From: Succinivibrio sp.
GTDB lineage: Bacteria; Pseudomonadota; Gammaproteobacteria; Enterobacterales; Succinivibrionaceae
Reading direction: 5' to 3'
DNA length: 64,000 nucleotides
NCBI GenBank assembly: GCA_051885305.1
Contig: JBJEWY010000071.1
Location: 5,361 to 69,360 of the forward strand
Part shown: in pieces, positions 1 to 10,589 of the stretch
Layout: each line of letters opens with the position of its first letter
Position numbering within the stretch: position 1 is the stretch's first letter
Translations under genes and position numbers: made by a program
The notes under the pieces: generated by a model
What the model was told of the DNA's origin: nothing
The model's input: only the letters and a program-made list of their open reading frames with translations
The model's database searches: none

Positions 1-470
1 CATTAGCATCTATGGTATTCCTGTTTATTCTGGCTATAGGTGGATGCTCAGGCTCAACATCAGGAGGCATTAAGATCTTCAGACTGCAGATCTGCTACTC
101 TATGTTCAAGACACAGTTACAGAAGCTTGTTCACCCTCATATCGTCAGTGAACCAAGGTTTAAGGGAAAAATCATAGATCCAGATACTCTCTCTGCAGTG
201 ATCACCTATCTGGTGTCATATATGGTACTGGCCATGGCATCAAGTACAGTGGCAAGTATTCTAGGTCTTGATTTAGGCGACGCTATTACAGGCACAGTTT
301 CATGTCTTTCAAATATCGGCCCTGCTCTTGGAACCACTTTAAATCCGTCTACCAATTTTTCTCAGATATCTGATCCGCTGGCAGTATTATTCTCTATAGA
401 CATGATCATGGGACGACTTGAGATCCTCCCTGTACTCCTGTGCTTTACCAGAATGTTCTATAAAAGATAA
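1..470 (+). CDS. trkH: Trk potassium uptake membrane protein, C-terminal part (5' truncated by window edge)
   Basis: IGGCSGSTSGGIKIFR, LSNIGP and MIMGRLEILP motifs of TrkH; frame is open to the window start. Confidence 0.92.
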   Translation, partial: LASMVFLFILAIGGCSGSTSGGIKIFRLQICYSMFKTQLQKLVHPHIVSEPRFKGKIIDPDTLSAVITYLVSYMVLAMASSTVASILGLDLGDAITGTVSCLSNIGPALGTTLNPSTNFSQISDPLAVLFSIDMIMGRLEILPVLLCFTRMFYKR

Positions 471-522
471 CGTACCTTAGCAAGTTATCTTAGAACATCT
501 CATCTTGATTATACTTTCAAAT

Positions 523-597
523 AAAAAAACAGTCTGTTAATCCTTAGATGATTGACAGACTGTTCATTTTCAAGCAAGCCCTAAGAACTTAGGGCTT
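523..597. terminator. Two hairpins between convergent trkH and the DASS gene; probable bidirectional terminator
   Basis: aacagtctgttaat/attgacagactgtt stem (528-564) flanked by A/T runs; aagccctaag/cttagggctt stem (576-597). Confidence 0.65.
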
Positions 598-603
598 AAG
601 GTA

Positions 604-2019
604 TTATGAAAGGCCAAATGCATTTAGGACATATAAGAAACCTAATGCCAGAGCAAGACAGGTAACACTGATGAGGCCACCTGATTTGAGCATATCCTGG
701 TTCTTGATATAACCTGTTGCATATGCAAGAGCATTTGGAGGAGTAGAAATAGGCAGACTCATACCAAATGACAGGCAGATAGCAATGATCATCATAATTG
801 TTGAAATATTGTATCCGTCTGCTAGCTCAACATTCGAAAGAACTGCTATTGCAATAGGAAGCATCAGGTTTGCTGTTGCAGTATTTGAAATAAAGTTTGA
901 TGCTGCCCAGCCTATGACGCAGATAATAGCAACCAGAATAAAGTTGCTGTATTTTGAGTAATCCACAAGATTTGCCAAAACCTTGGCAAGTCCTGTTGAG
1001 CCTAAGGCATCACCTAGGGCAATACCTCCAGCTACAAGCCAGATAACATCCCAGTTCATGGATTTGATGTCATCTGCCTTGATAATACCAGTGCAGGTAT
1101 AAATTAAAATTGGAATTACCGCAATAACATAGCTGTTGATACCATGCCAGCGTTCTGTCATCCACAGCAGAATTGTCACTGCAAAGCCAACGTAACTTAC
1201 AATTGCTCTCCAGCTCTTTTCAAAGCTTCCTGAAATTGAGATGTTGATAGACTTGGACTTGAATGGGAACATTACGTTCAGGATGATCCAGCTTATCGTT
1301 ACACAGATAATGGCAAGAGGCAGAGCATAAGCCATCCAAGCCATGAAGCTTATGGTGTGATCTCCTGTAAGATAGCTTAAAGCGATAGCATTTGGAGGTG
1401 TACCGATAGGTGTAGCAATACCACCAATGTTTGCAGCAAAAGGAACACATAAAACCAAAGCTTTAAGACCAGTATCTTCCCTGCTTACAACATTGAGTAC
1501 AGGGGCAACCATGGCAAGCATCATTACTGTAGTTGCAGTGTTAGACATAAACATTGCAAATATGGAGGTAATGATCATAATGCCAAGCATTACAAGTTTA
1601 GGGTTCTGACCAAAAGGCTTTAGAAGAATTCTAGCAAGATTCTCATCAAGCTTATACTTGGAAGCACCAATTGCAAGGGCAAAACCACCTAGGAACAGAA
1701 TGATAATCGGGGAACTAAAAGCACTTAATACCTGTTTGAAACTTATAAGATGCTCATGATCAACCTCTTTGAGATAGTATCTTAAAGGGTAAATTGCAGT
1801 ATCTGACAGAAGAATACACAGTGATGCCACAATCACAATGGAAGTGGCATATACAGGTACAGGCTCAAACAGCCAGCACATGGCACCGAAAGTAAAAATG
1901 ACCAGCATAATATGCTGACCAGGGGTTAAGATCAGAGATTCAGTAAATATAAACGGAAGCATACCAACCAGAATACATACCAGTATCACTATGCCCAGTT
2001 TGGTCATTACAGCACGCAC
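604..2019 (-). CDS. SLC13/DASS family Na+/dicarboxylate (anion) permease
   Basis: Highly hydrophobic 471 aa; two SNT motifs (FMSNTAT, FISNTAT) and GTPPNA/STPPNA repeats. Confidence 0.88.
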   Translation of the reverse strand: MRAVMTKLGIVILVCILVGMLPFIFTESLILTPGQHIMLVIFTFGAMCWLFEPVPVYATSIVIVASLCILLSDTAIYPLRYYLKEVDHEHLISFKQVLSAFSSPIIILFLGGFALAIGASKYKLDENLARILLKPFGQNPKLVMLGIMIITSIFAMFMSNTATTVMMLAMVAPVLNVVSREDTGLKALVLCVPFAANIGGIATPIGTPPNAIALSYLTGDHTISFMAWMAYALPLAIICVTISWIILNVMFPFKSKSINISISGSFEKSWRAIVSYVGFAVTILLWMTERWHGINSYVIAVIPILIYTCTGIIKADDIKSMNWDVIWLVAGGIALGDALGSTGLAKVLANLVDYSKYSNFILVAIICVIGWAASNFISNTATANLMLPIAIAVLSNVELADGYNISTIMMIIAICLSFGMSLPISTPPNALAYATGYIKNQDMLKSGGLISVTCLALALGFLYVLNAFGLS

Positions 2020-2102
2020 ACAATACTCCTTAGTAAATTTGATTGTCTTTGCCTTATTCTGCAGTTCTTAAGACAACTTTACAAAGGAAAAAATCTCTTT
2101 TA

Positions 2103-2116
2103 TTGATCTTTATCAA
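2103..2116. promoter_or_regulatory. FNR-type box upstream of the DASS transporter
   Basis: Exact TTGAT-CTTT-ATCAA; candidate -10 TAAAGT on the minus strand at 2076-2081 gives roughly class II spacing. Confidence 0.6.
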
Positions 2117-2122
2117 CAGATA

Positions 2123-2163
2123 AAAAAAGTGCTTTAAGAGAGCTATTCTTAAAACACCTTTTT
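2123..2163 (-). terminator. Probable intrinsic terminator after menA
   Basis: Imperfect inverted repeat aagtgctttaaga/tcttaaaacacctt with A/T runs on both sides. Confidence 0.5.
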
Positions 2164-2198
2164 GAAAATAAGTATAGACTTCAGAAGTCTATTTTACT

Positions 2199-3137
2199 TT
2201 AGTAGTAAACCCAGAAATCCATGGTTAACACCAGGATCCAGACTACATTGTGAACAGCGCAGCCTATAAGAGAGAATTTACGCTCATTGGCAACGAGCTT
2301 ATGATCCTCACAGTGAATAGATGCACGATAAGTAGAGGCTGCAAGAGGCAGAAGACCTACAATAATGAATGGACACTCCCAGAATTTATGGGACTGAGCA
2401 CAGGCAACAAATGATAAAAATGAGGATATGCCAAATAAAGCTATAAGATAGATAGCAGATTTTTTTGATCCGAGTCTTGCTGCAATGGTTTTCTTGCCTG
2501 AAAGTCTGTCTTCAACAATGTCTCGCATTGAGGCCACGTGCAGAATCATAACTGACTGCAAACCAACAGCAAAACCAAGACCATAAGTATCAGGGTATAG
2601 TTCTACCCCCTGGCCTGAAGCTCCTAAAATCAGAATCTGTGAACCGATAATTGCAACAGGCCCAAAGAATATGAATACGGCAATATCGCCAAGTCCCTTG
2701 TAGCCGTACGCCATACCGATGGTGTAGAAAATGGCTGCTAAAATTGCGGCAATACCTATAAAGATAAAATAGGATAACAGCTCAAGGTTTGTTCCTACTG
2801 CAAGATAGATAGCCAAAGTACCGATCACAGTAGATAAAAGGATCACTGTTCCCATAGCTTTTCTTAGTGAAGTAAGGGAGATTGAACCTAACATCACCGC
2901 ACGGATCGGACCTAAACGGTTAGGACCATCTGCATTTTTACAGGCATCACCGTAGTCATCAGCAAAATTACTTAGTATCTGAAGCAGAACACCTGTGACA
3001 ACCACGAGAAAACCCACAAACAGAGTATAGAGATTTACCTCGCCATAATAGTAACCAAGAGCACAACCTAAAGCGCAGTTAGTTAGGGCTAAAAGTAGAG
3101 ACTTCAGTCTCATTTCACTAATCCAGTCGTTAATCAT
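2199..3137 (-). CDS. menA: 1,4-dihydroxy-2-naphthoate polyprenyltransferase (UbiA family)
   Basis: LQILSNFADDYGD..ADGPNRLGP.R, YGYKGLGD and MRDIVEDRLSGKKT Asp-rich motifs. Confidence 0.88.
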   Translation of the reverse strand: MINDWISEMRLKSLLLALTNCALGCALGYYYGEVNLYTLFVGFLVVVTGVLLQILSNFADDYGDACKNADGPNRLGPIRAVMLGSISLTSLRKAMGTVILLSTVIGTLAIYLAVGTNLELLSYFIFIGIAAILAAIFYTIGMAYGYKGLGDIAVFIFFGPVAIIGSQILILGASGQGVELYPDTYGLGFAVGLQSVMILHVASMRDIVEDRLSGKKTIAARLGSKKSAIYLIALFGISSFLSFVACAQSHKFWECPFIIVGLLPLAASTYRASIHCEDHKLVANERKFSLIGCAVHNVVWILVLTMDFWVYY

Positions 3138-3170
3138 ACCCTGTAAAATTCCTGTTTTTCAAATAGATAG

Positions 3171-4118
3171 TCAGCTATTATACAGTATGTAATCAGCAGT
3201 AAGCACCAAAAGCCAAATGACATTACATACTGAGGCGCAAAATAAGATCTGATTGAGTCTTAATTTGATAAGTATTTTATGACTAGGCTTCCTTATTACA
3301 GCGATAATATACCAAGTCATTGGAAGATAACCTACCAGAAGAAACACAGACTGCGTTAAACGATGCGAAGTCATACAAGCAAGCATTGAAGTCAACACTG
3401 CAGTTGCAAACAGAGCCACAAGATAAAAAGATGAAAACTCATAGCCAAACAGCTGTCTTAAAGACTTTCCATAGTATTTTCTGACCACTGTTTTGGCCTG
3501 TACATTTCTTACATAAAGAACAATCAGAGAAGTTGTAGCTGCAGAAAATGATAAAAAATAGGTATCAGGATAAATATCAATACCCTGGTGGCAGGAAGCG
3601 ATTACCAGAAACTGCGGTACGAAAATGGAGAAAAAACCAAATAAAGCAAACAGAAGCATAGCCCCTATACCCTTGTAGAAATACAAAGAAGAGCTTGTAT
3701 AGAGAAGTGTTGATAACACACCGATTACACAGAGAAATAAAAACCAGCTTAACTGCTGCACGCTGTAACCTAATGCATTATGGCTTGCGATAAAACCAAA
3801 AACAGCAATAACTATAGTAATCACAGCCATACGTTTTCTTAATGCTGTAAGCGGGATCTTGTGAATAACAATCGGAGCGACAATACCATTAAGACTATCC
3901 TTTTTGTGCTGCAGATAAGCTCTTGAATAATCTATTGAATAATTGCACAGCACTAAAAGAAACACCCCAGCTACAAGAGCTGACAGTGCTGTTACACAGC
4001 TTGTTATGGAAAAAGAACCATAAAAGAAACCAAGTCCACAACCTAAAGCTATGTTGGTGACAGCTAGTGTTAAAGAGAGATTTCTTGATTTATAGAATTT
4101 TCTTAATATCAATTTCAA
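3171..4118 (-). CDS. Divergent MenA paralogue lacking the Asp-rich catalytic motifs
   Basis: Colinear with the adjacent menA (TNIALGCGLG, LRKRM, YKGIG, YPDTY) and the same length; both Asp-rich motifs eroded; TTG start. Confidence 0.75.
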   Translation of the reverse strand: MKLILRKFYKSRNLSLTLAVTNIALGCGLGFFYGSFSITSCVTALSALVAGVFLLVLCNYSIDYSRAYLQHKKDSLNGIVAPIVIHKIPLTALRKRMAVITIVIAVFGFIASHNALGYSVQQLSWFLFLCVIGVLSTLLYTSSSLYFYKGIGAMLLFALFGFFSIFVPQFLVIASCHQGIDIYPDTYFLSFSAATTSLIVLYVRNVQAKTVVRKYYGKSLRQLFGYEFSSFYLVALFATAVLTSMLACMTSHRLTQSVFLLVGYLPMTWYIIAVIRKPSHKILIKLRLNQILFCASVCNVIWLLVLTADYILYNS

Positions 4119-4257
4119 AACAGTTCCAGAGTTCGTCGCTTATCAGCGTTATTTTAACTGCATGAAAGAGTAAATTCACCAAAATCTCTCAATTTTGAGA
4201 AATGACTCCTCTGAGCATGTATAATTTGTGCTGAATAAAATGAAGTTGGAGAAAACA

Positions 4258-6270
4258 ATGCTTTTTGATAATCCGGCATTACAGCAGTTAAAAAATAATT
4301 TTGAAAGCGAAAAAGTAAAAAAAGAGGGTGTGATCAAGGCTACTGAAAGAGGCTTTGGTTTCCTTGAGATAGAAAAAGATTCATTTTTTATTGCACCAAA
4401 TGACATGAAAAAGGTCATGAATGGTGACAGAGTCAGTGCCGTAATTGAAAAAGATGGTGAAGGGAAAACACACGCAGTTCCAGAAAAGCTTGTAGAAGCC
4501 TTTTTAAACCGTTTTGTTGCAAGAGTCCTTTATGTGGGAGGGAAACTTAATGTCATTCCTGATGTTCCTACAATTGCTACAAAAATTCAGGTAGATGATA
4601 AACGTAAAGACAAAAGTGAGAAGCTTGAAAACGGCGATTATGTAATCTGCACTCTAAAGACTCATGCCCTTGTAAAAGGCTATTTCAGAGCAGATCTGCA
4701 AGAATTCATCTGCAAAAAGAATGATCCTAAAGCACCATGGTCTGTAAGTTTAAGACGCTACGATTTACCGCTTGCAGAACCAGCTGATGAGGATTTCAAA
4801 TTCCTTGAAAACGATCTTAAAAGAGAAGATCTGACTGCAATTCCATTTGTAACCATTGACTCTGCTCATACAGAGGATATGGATGATGCACTGTACATTG
4901 AAAAAGACGGTGATGACTTCAAACTTTATGTTGCCATTGCAGATCCTACAGGATACATTCAGCAGGATTCAAAATTCAATGAGATTGCATCACACAGAGC
5001 TTTCTCTATTTATCTTCCAGGCAGAGATATTCCGATGCTGCCAAGAGTTCTTTCTGACAATTTCTGCTCATTAAGACCAAATGAGGAAAGAGCAGCCTTA
5101 GTTGGTACCATTACTGTAAGCAGTGATGGAGAAATCAGAACAGAAAAGACCAAGTTTACACTGGCAACCATCAAATCTCAGGCAAAACTCGTATACAACG
5201 AGATCTCTGATTATCTTGATAAAGTTGAAGGCGCAACCTTTACCCCGACAGACAGAATCAAAGAAATTCTTGATCTTTTAGTAGAGTTTACCCATGTACG
5301 TGACAAATACAGAGCAACTCACGCGGCACCGTTTAGAAATCGTCCAGATTATGAGTTTGTTCTCAAGGATACTGGAGCACTTGATCATATTGAGATAAAT
5401 TTCCGCCGTATCGCCAATCAGATCGTCGAGGAATCAATGATTGTGGCAAACGTTGCAGCAGGCAATTTCCTTGCAGAGAAACTGCAAAGCGGTATCTACA
5501 ATCTGCACAAGGGCTTTGATATGCAGAAAAAGAAGGACATTGAAGAATTACTCAAAAATGAGAACTGTCCTTATGATGCAGAAAAGCTCAATACCATTGA
5601 AGAATACAACCGCATCCGCCGATTTGCCTATGACAGCAACAATGGTTATATGGACTGCAGGATCAGAAAATTGCAGGAATTCTCTGAGATGGGAATCAAA
5701 CCAGGTCCTCACTATGCCCTTGGCGTAGAAAACTATGCTACATGGACATCTCCAATCAGAAAGTATGGTGATATGGTAAACCACAGACTGATAAAGTCAG
5801 TGATAGTAAATACTCCTCATCCATTACTTCCTGACGAATCCTTACTTAAGATCATGAATGAGGCCAGACGCACAAACCGTATGGCAGAGCGAGACGTAAG
5901 GGACTGGCTGTATGTTGAGTTTTTAAAACCTGACGTTGAGAAAAAGACTGTCTTCAACGGTGAAATCTTTGATATAAGCCGTGGCGGTCTGCGTGTTATT
6001 TTAGAAGAAAACGGTGCCATGATCTTTGTACCATTCTCCTATATCAGTAGCAACAAAGATGATCTGACCCTGTTAGGTGACACAGGAGAAGTTGTTGTAA
6101 AAGGTGAAACCGTAAAACGGTTAGGAGATCCTATCAAAGTCAGAATTGCAGAGATTAATGAGAACACACGCTCTATTATCGGTGCACCTGCAGAAAGCAT
6201 CGGATCTCTTATGATGGTTGATATTGAAGAGGTCAAAAAGAAAAAGACAGGACCTAACGGCAGAAGATAA
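4258..6270 (+). CDS. rnb: Exoribonuclease II
   Basis: MLFDNPALQQLK N-terminus, TIDSAHTEDMDDAL catalytic motif, YATWTSPIRKYGD; start moved to the ATG at 4258. Confidence 0.95.
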   Translation: MLFDNPALQQLKNNFESEKVKKEGVIKATERGFGFLEIEKDSFFIAPNDMKKVMNGDRVSAVIEKDGEGKTHAVPEKLVEAFLNRFVARVLYVGGKLNVIPDVPTIATKIQVDDKRKDKSEKLENGDYVICTLKTHALVKGYFRADLQEFICKKNDPKAPWSVSLRRYDLPLAEPADEDFKFLENDLKREDLTAIPFVTIDSAHTEDMDDALYIEKDGDDFKLYVAIADPTGYIQQDSKFNEIASHRAFSIYLPGRDIPMLPRVLSDNFCSLRPNEERAALVGTITVSSDGEIRTEKTKFTLATIKSQAKLVYNEISDYLDKVEGATFTPTDRIKEILDLLVEFTHVRDKYRATHAAPFRNRPDYEFVLKDTGALDHIEINFRRIANQIVEESMIVANVAAGNFLAEKLQSGIYNLHKGFDMQKKKDIEELLKNENCPYDAEKLNTIEEYNRIRRFAYDSNNGYMDCRIRKLQEFSEMGIKPGPHYALGVENYATWTSPIRKYGDMVNHRLIKSVIVNTPHPLLPDESLLKIMNEARRTNRMAERDVRDWLYVEFLKPDVEKKTVFNGEIFDISRGGLRVILEENGAMIFVPFSYISSNKDDLTLLGDTGEVVVKGETVKRLGDPIKVRIAEINENTRSIIGAPAESIGSLMMVDIEEVKKKKTGPNGRR

Positions 6271-6320
6271 AAACAACCATCCTCCGTTTATAAAATGGAG
6301 GTCTTAGCTTAAATAAGCAT

Positions 6321-6358
6321 AAAAAACTCCAGAAGTTAATACTACTGGAGTTTTTTTT
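6321..6358. terminator. Bidirectional intrinsic terminator between rnb and prlC
   Basis: aaaaaactccag...ctggagtttttttt hairpin between convergent genes. Confidence 0.8.
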
Positions 6359-6394
6359 CTTTAAGGTATCAGTTAATATCTGACCTTATACTTT

Positions 6395-8491
6395 TTATTC
6401 AACTTTAATTCCGCTCTGTTTTAAAAGGGCATCAACAGAAGGCTTTCTTCCTCTGAACTCTTCAAAGTTTTTCATCGGATCAGACGCACCACCGCAGGAG
6501 AGGATCAGATCAGCAAAGCTCTGACCGGTCTCTCTGTCAAAGATACCTTTTTCCTCAAACAGAGAAAAGGCATCAGCAGCCAAAACTTCAGCCCACTTGT
6601 AGCTGTAGTATCCTGCAGCATAACCGCCAGAGAAGATATGGGTAAAGTTGTTAGGGAAACGGCTGTCCTTAAACTGTGGAACAACTGAAACCTCTTTTTT
6701 AACCTCATCTAAAAGCTCGTATACCTTTATTTTCTTCTTAGGATCGTACTCATAATGAAGTCTGAAATCGAACAGAGCAAATTCAATCTGTCTTAACATT
6801 GCCATAGCTGATTCAAAGTTTTTGGCATCAAGTACGGCTTTGAGTTTGTCATCAGGTAAAGACTCACCTGTTTTTACATGACGGGAGAGGAATTTTAAAG
6901 CTTCCTTTGACCAGGCATAATTCTCATTGAACTGACTTGGAAGCTCAACAGCATCCCAAGGCACACCATTGATACCAGATACATCAGAAATATCAATCTT
7001 TGTAAGTAACTGATTTAGGGTATGACCAAACTCATGGAACATGGTTACCACTTCATCATGGGTCAGTTCAGAAACATCACCACTTACAGGACGGGTAAAG
7101 TTACATACCAGATAGGCTACAGGAAGCTGTAGTGCGCCATCATCACGGTAACGTCTTGTCAGGCATTCATCCATCCAGGCTCCGCCGTTTTTACCTGGAC
7201 GGGCATAAAGATCCATAAACAAAGAGCCAATTCTTGAGCCAAATTTCTCTTCATAGACATCAAAGCACTTGACGCTGTCATTCCATAAATCAACACCATA
7301 GCGCTGTTTTAAGGTAATGCCATACAAACGTCTTGCACACTCAAACATGCCCTCGATTACCTGATCTTCTGGGAAATACGGACGAAGTTCTTCCTCTGAA
7401 TATGAGTAACGCTCCTGTCTTAATTTCTCTGAATAAAAGGCCATATCCCATGGTTCAAGCTTTAAAAGTCCTTGGGATTTTGCGTAATCTTCAAGCTCCT
7501 TAACTTCTTCAATACCCTGCTTTCTTGATTTTTTAGCAAGATCTCTTAAGAAACTTATGACGGTCTCAGGACTGTCTGCCATCTTGGTGGCAAGCGACAA
7601 GTGAGCATATGACTTGAAACCTAAAAGCTCAGCCTCTTTATGGCGTAACTCAAGGATCTCATCAATTAAAGGAAGATTATCCCATTTGCCGGCATTAGGA
7701 CCGATATCTGATGAGCGGGTATTGAATGCTCTGTAGATTTCCTCTCTTAATTCTCTGTCCTCACAGTAAGTTAAAAAAGGTAGATATGATGGCATTTCAA
7801 GTGTGAATACATAACCATCAAAATTGCGTTTTTCAGCTTCGCTTTTGGCAAGCTTCAGTGAGTTTTCTGGAAGTCCTTTTAGACGTTTTTCATCTTTAAC
7901 CTCAAGCACGTATCCATGAGTTGCATCTAAGACGTTATTTGAAAACTTTGAGCTTAATTCTGAAAGTCTTGTACTGATTTTTACGTATTCTTTCTGATCT
8001 TCTGGAGATAGATCTATACCAGAGAGTCTAAAGTCTCTTAAAGAATTCTCTATAGCCTTGCGCTGAGGAATTGAAAGACGACCAAAGGCATCTGATGACT
8101 CAATCTTCTTTAGAACATTGAAATATGGACGGTACTGTCCTGACCATGCAGAGAACTCAGATAAAAAAGGAAGGCATTCATCATGAACCTGTCTTAATTC
8201 AGGGGTATTGTTTACAGAATTCAAATGGGAAACCACTGACCAGACCTTAGAGAGACGATCTGATGCCTCTTCTATCGGAGCTACAACATTATCCCAGGTT
8301 GGATCCTCTGCATATTTTTCGCAAACATTTGTAATAACTGTGCGGCACTTTTCGATTGCAGATTTTACAGCAGGAACAACATGTTCAGGTTTAACTTCAG
8401 AAAATGGAGGCATCCCGTTGTATTCTGTCAATGGATTAGAATTATTAGCTGGCATTTTTAATTCCTTAAATTTGGCTTGTACTTCTGTCAA
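6395..8491 (-). CDS. prlC: Oligopeptidase A (M3 peptidase); exact start uncertain
   Basis: FHEFGH zinc motif, GGAWMD, VELPSQ, GYAAGYYSYKWAEVL. Confidence 0.93.
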   Translation of the reverse strand: MTEVQAKFKELKMPANNSNPLTEYNGMPPFSEVKPEHVVPAVKSAIEKCRTVITNVCEKYAEDPTWDNVVAPIEEASDRLSKVWSVVSHLNSVNNTPELRQVHDECLPFLSEFSAWSGQYRPYFNVLKKIESSDAFGRLSIPQRKAIENSLRDFRLSGIDLSPEDQKEYVKISTRLSELSSKFSNNVLDATHGYVLEVKDEKRLKGLPENSLKLAKSEAEKRNFDGYVFTLEMPSYLPFLTYCEDRELREEIYRAFNTRSSDIGPNAGKWDNLPLIDEILELRHKEAELLGFKSYAHLSLATKMADSPETVISFLRDLAKKSRKQGIEEVKELEDYAKSQGLLKLEPWDMAFYSEKLRQERYSYSEEELRPYFPEDQVIEGMFECARRLYGITLKQRYGVDLWNDSVKCFDVYEEKFGSRIGSLFMDLYARPGKNGGAWMDECLTRRYRDDGALQLPVAYLVCNFTRPVSGDVSELTHDEVVTMFHEFGHTLNQLLTKIDISDVSGINGVPWDAVELPSQFNENYAWSKEALKFLSRHVKTGESLPDDKLKAVLDAKNFESAMAMLRQIEFALFDFRLHYEYDPKKKIKVYELLDEVKKEVSVVPQFKDSRFPNNFTHIFSGGYAAGYYSYKWAEVLAADAFSLFEEKGIFDRETGQSFADLILSCGGASDPMKNFEEFRGRKPSVDALLKQSGIKVE

Positions 8492-8601
8492 TTCTACTCA
8501 AAAGTCCGCATTTTTGGTACATGCATGTACCATGTGGTAAAATCGCCTTAAGAGTATTTATTCTTTTTTTATAAATGGAGCCTTGAAGGCAATATTTCCA
8601 T

Positions 8602-10545
8602 ATGACAGATTATCAGAACAACAATATTTATACACAGAGGGTTAGCCTGATTAAAGAGGCTATGGCCGAGCTTGATCTGGATGCGCTTATTGTCAGCCAC
8701 GATGATGAGTATCTGTCATTTGAGCTCAATGAAAATGAGGAGAGAATAAAATATCTTACCGGCTTTACAGGATCGGCAGGTTACGCTGTGTTTGTCAGAA
8801 CCGCCGTGTCAAAACTGTACGAAGGTGGAATCAATATTAAAGCTGAAGGCAGTGAACAGAGTTTTCACTCTTCGCATGACTGTGCCATATTTGTCGACGG
8901 CCGTTATGTGGTACAGGTTAAAGAACAAGTAAACCGCGATCTTTTTGATGATTTTGATTTCACAAAACTCTATCCTTCAACATGGCTTTGCCATATTATG
9001 CAGAAAAATACCCGTGTTGGTATTGATTTAAAATGCATCAGCTATAAAGAATACAATCGACTCAAAGATGAACTCTTTGATTATGGAATTGAACTGACAC
9101 CTACAGACGGCAATCTTGTAGACAGGGTCTGGCAGGATCGACCAAAACCTGTAATAAGCGCCATAGAAATCTTTCCGGATGAATACAATGGCTGCCCAAG
9201 TCCGCAGAAACGCCAGAAAATTGCTGAGCTCTTAAGAGACAAGGATCTTGATGCTACTGTAATTACTGATCCAGAGAGTATCTGCTGGCTTTTGAACATC
9301 AGAGGACGTGATCGTAATTTTCTGCCTGTAATCAATTCAAGAATGGTTGCCTATTCAAATGAGGCCCTTGAATGGTACATCAATTCAGCTCACTTTAAAG
9401 ATGATAATATTTTTGATGATCTTCAAGAACATATAGGTCATATTGATATCTTCCCTGAGGAACGATTTGACGATGTTCTTGACAGATTATGCTCATCAAG
9501 CTGTACGGTACATGTAGATCCAGACACTACCAATGCCCACACACTACTAAAGCTCTACAATGGCGGTGCCCAGGTAATTGAGGGATTAGGTCTGTGTCAG
9601 ATCCCAAAAGCCTGCAAGAATCACATTGAAATAGCAGGTGAATACAAAGCCCACATCAAAGACGGCATTGCAATGTGCCGTTTCTTCTCATGGCTAGATG
9701 ATAAGACCAGAATCAACGAGACTGTAGAAAACGATGAAGCTTTTATACGTCGAGTTGAAGGTATTGATGAAAAGGAGCTGTCAGACAGAGCGCTGAGTTT
9801 CCGCAAAGTTGAGGCTGGCTTTATTGAGCTTTCGTTTGCCACAATTTCAGCCTTAGGCCCTAATGCCGCCATGTGCCATTACAATCATGAGAATGCTAAG
9901 GTCCCAAGGAAGTTGGGACAGGACAGCATGTACCTGATTGACAGTGGAGCTCATTTTATCGAGGGTACGACTGATATTACCAGAACCTGGCTTACAGGAC
10001 CTCACATAAGTGATGAGGAAAGGCGTATGTATACCCTGGTACTAAAAGCCCATATTGCACTTGCAACTTTGGTATTTCCAAAGGGGACATCTGGAATACA
10101 GATTGATGCTATCGCAAGACGTCCTCTGTGGGATTATGGTCTTGATTTTGCTCATGGTACAGGCCATGGTGTAGGCCATGTTCTCTCTGTACATGAAGGC
10201 CCTCAGGGTATTTCATCAAAAAGATCAAACGTACCTTTAATGCCTGGCATGGTTATTTCAGATGAGCCAGGATACTATAAAGAAGACGAATACGGCATCA
10301 GACTTGAGAATCTTTTAGTGGTTACCCAGTGCTCTCAGCCTGGACTGCAGCATATGCTGTGTTTCTCTCCGCTTACATTAGTCCCATTTGACAAGAGACT
10401 CATCATCAGAGAGTTACTATCACAAAACGAAATTGATTGGCTTAACAATTACCATCAAAATGTTAATAATGTGATAACTAACGCAGCAACCTCTCTTACA
10501 GAGGATGAAATCAACTGGCTTGCAAAGGCTACTTCTGCAATTTAA
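8602..10545 (+). CDS. Xaa-Pro aminopeptidase P family (M24)
   Basis: LTGFTGSAG, VDGRY, DSGA..GTTDITRT, HGTGHGVG..VHEGP, EPGYY, GIRLEN. Confidence 0.92.
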   Translation: MTDYQNNNIYTQRVSLIKEAMAELDLDALIVSHDDEYLSFELNENEERIKYLTGFTGSAGYAVFVRTAVSKLYEGGINIKAEGSEQSFHSSHDCAIFVDGRYVVQVKEQVNRDLFDDFDFTKLYPSTWLCHIMQKNTRVGIDLKCISYKEYNRLKDELFDYGIELTPTDGNLVDRVWQDRPKPVISAIEIFPDEYNGCPSPQKRQKIAELLRDKDLDATVITDPESICWLLNIRGRDRNFLPVINSRMVAYSNEALEWYINSAHFKDDNIFDDLQEHIGHIDIFPEERFDDVLDRLCSSSCTVHVDPDTTNAHTLLKLYNGGAQVIEGLGLCQIPKACKNHIEIAGEYKAHIKDGIAMCRFFSWLDDKTRINETVENDEAFIRRVEGIDEKELSDRALSFRKVEAGFIELSFATISALGPNAAMCHYNHENAKVPRKLGQDSMYLIDSGAHFIEGTTDITRTWLTGPHISDEERRMYTLVLKAHIALATLVFPKGTSGIQIDAIARRPLWDYGLDFAHGTGHGVGHVLSVHEGPQGISSKRSNVPLMPGMVISDEPGYYKEDEYGIRLENLLVVTQCSQPGLQHMLCFSPLTLVPFDKRLIIRELLSQNEIDWLNNYHQNVNNVITNAATSLTEDEINWLAKATSAI

Positions 10546-10589
10546 CAAATAACGAAATAAAAATATCACATACGGAAAAGGAGTAATTA

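Noticed and set aside
3171-4118. Calling the second menA copy a pseudogene
   Set aside because: The frame is full length and uninterrupted despite heavy divergence, and the TM pattern is retained
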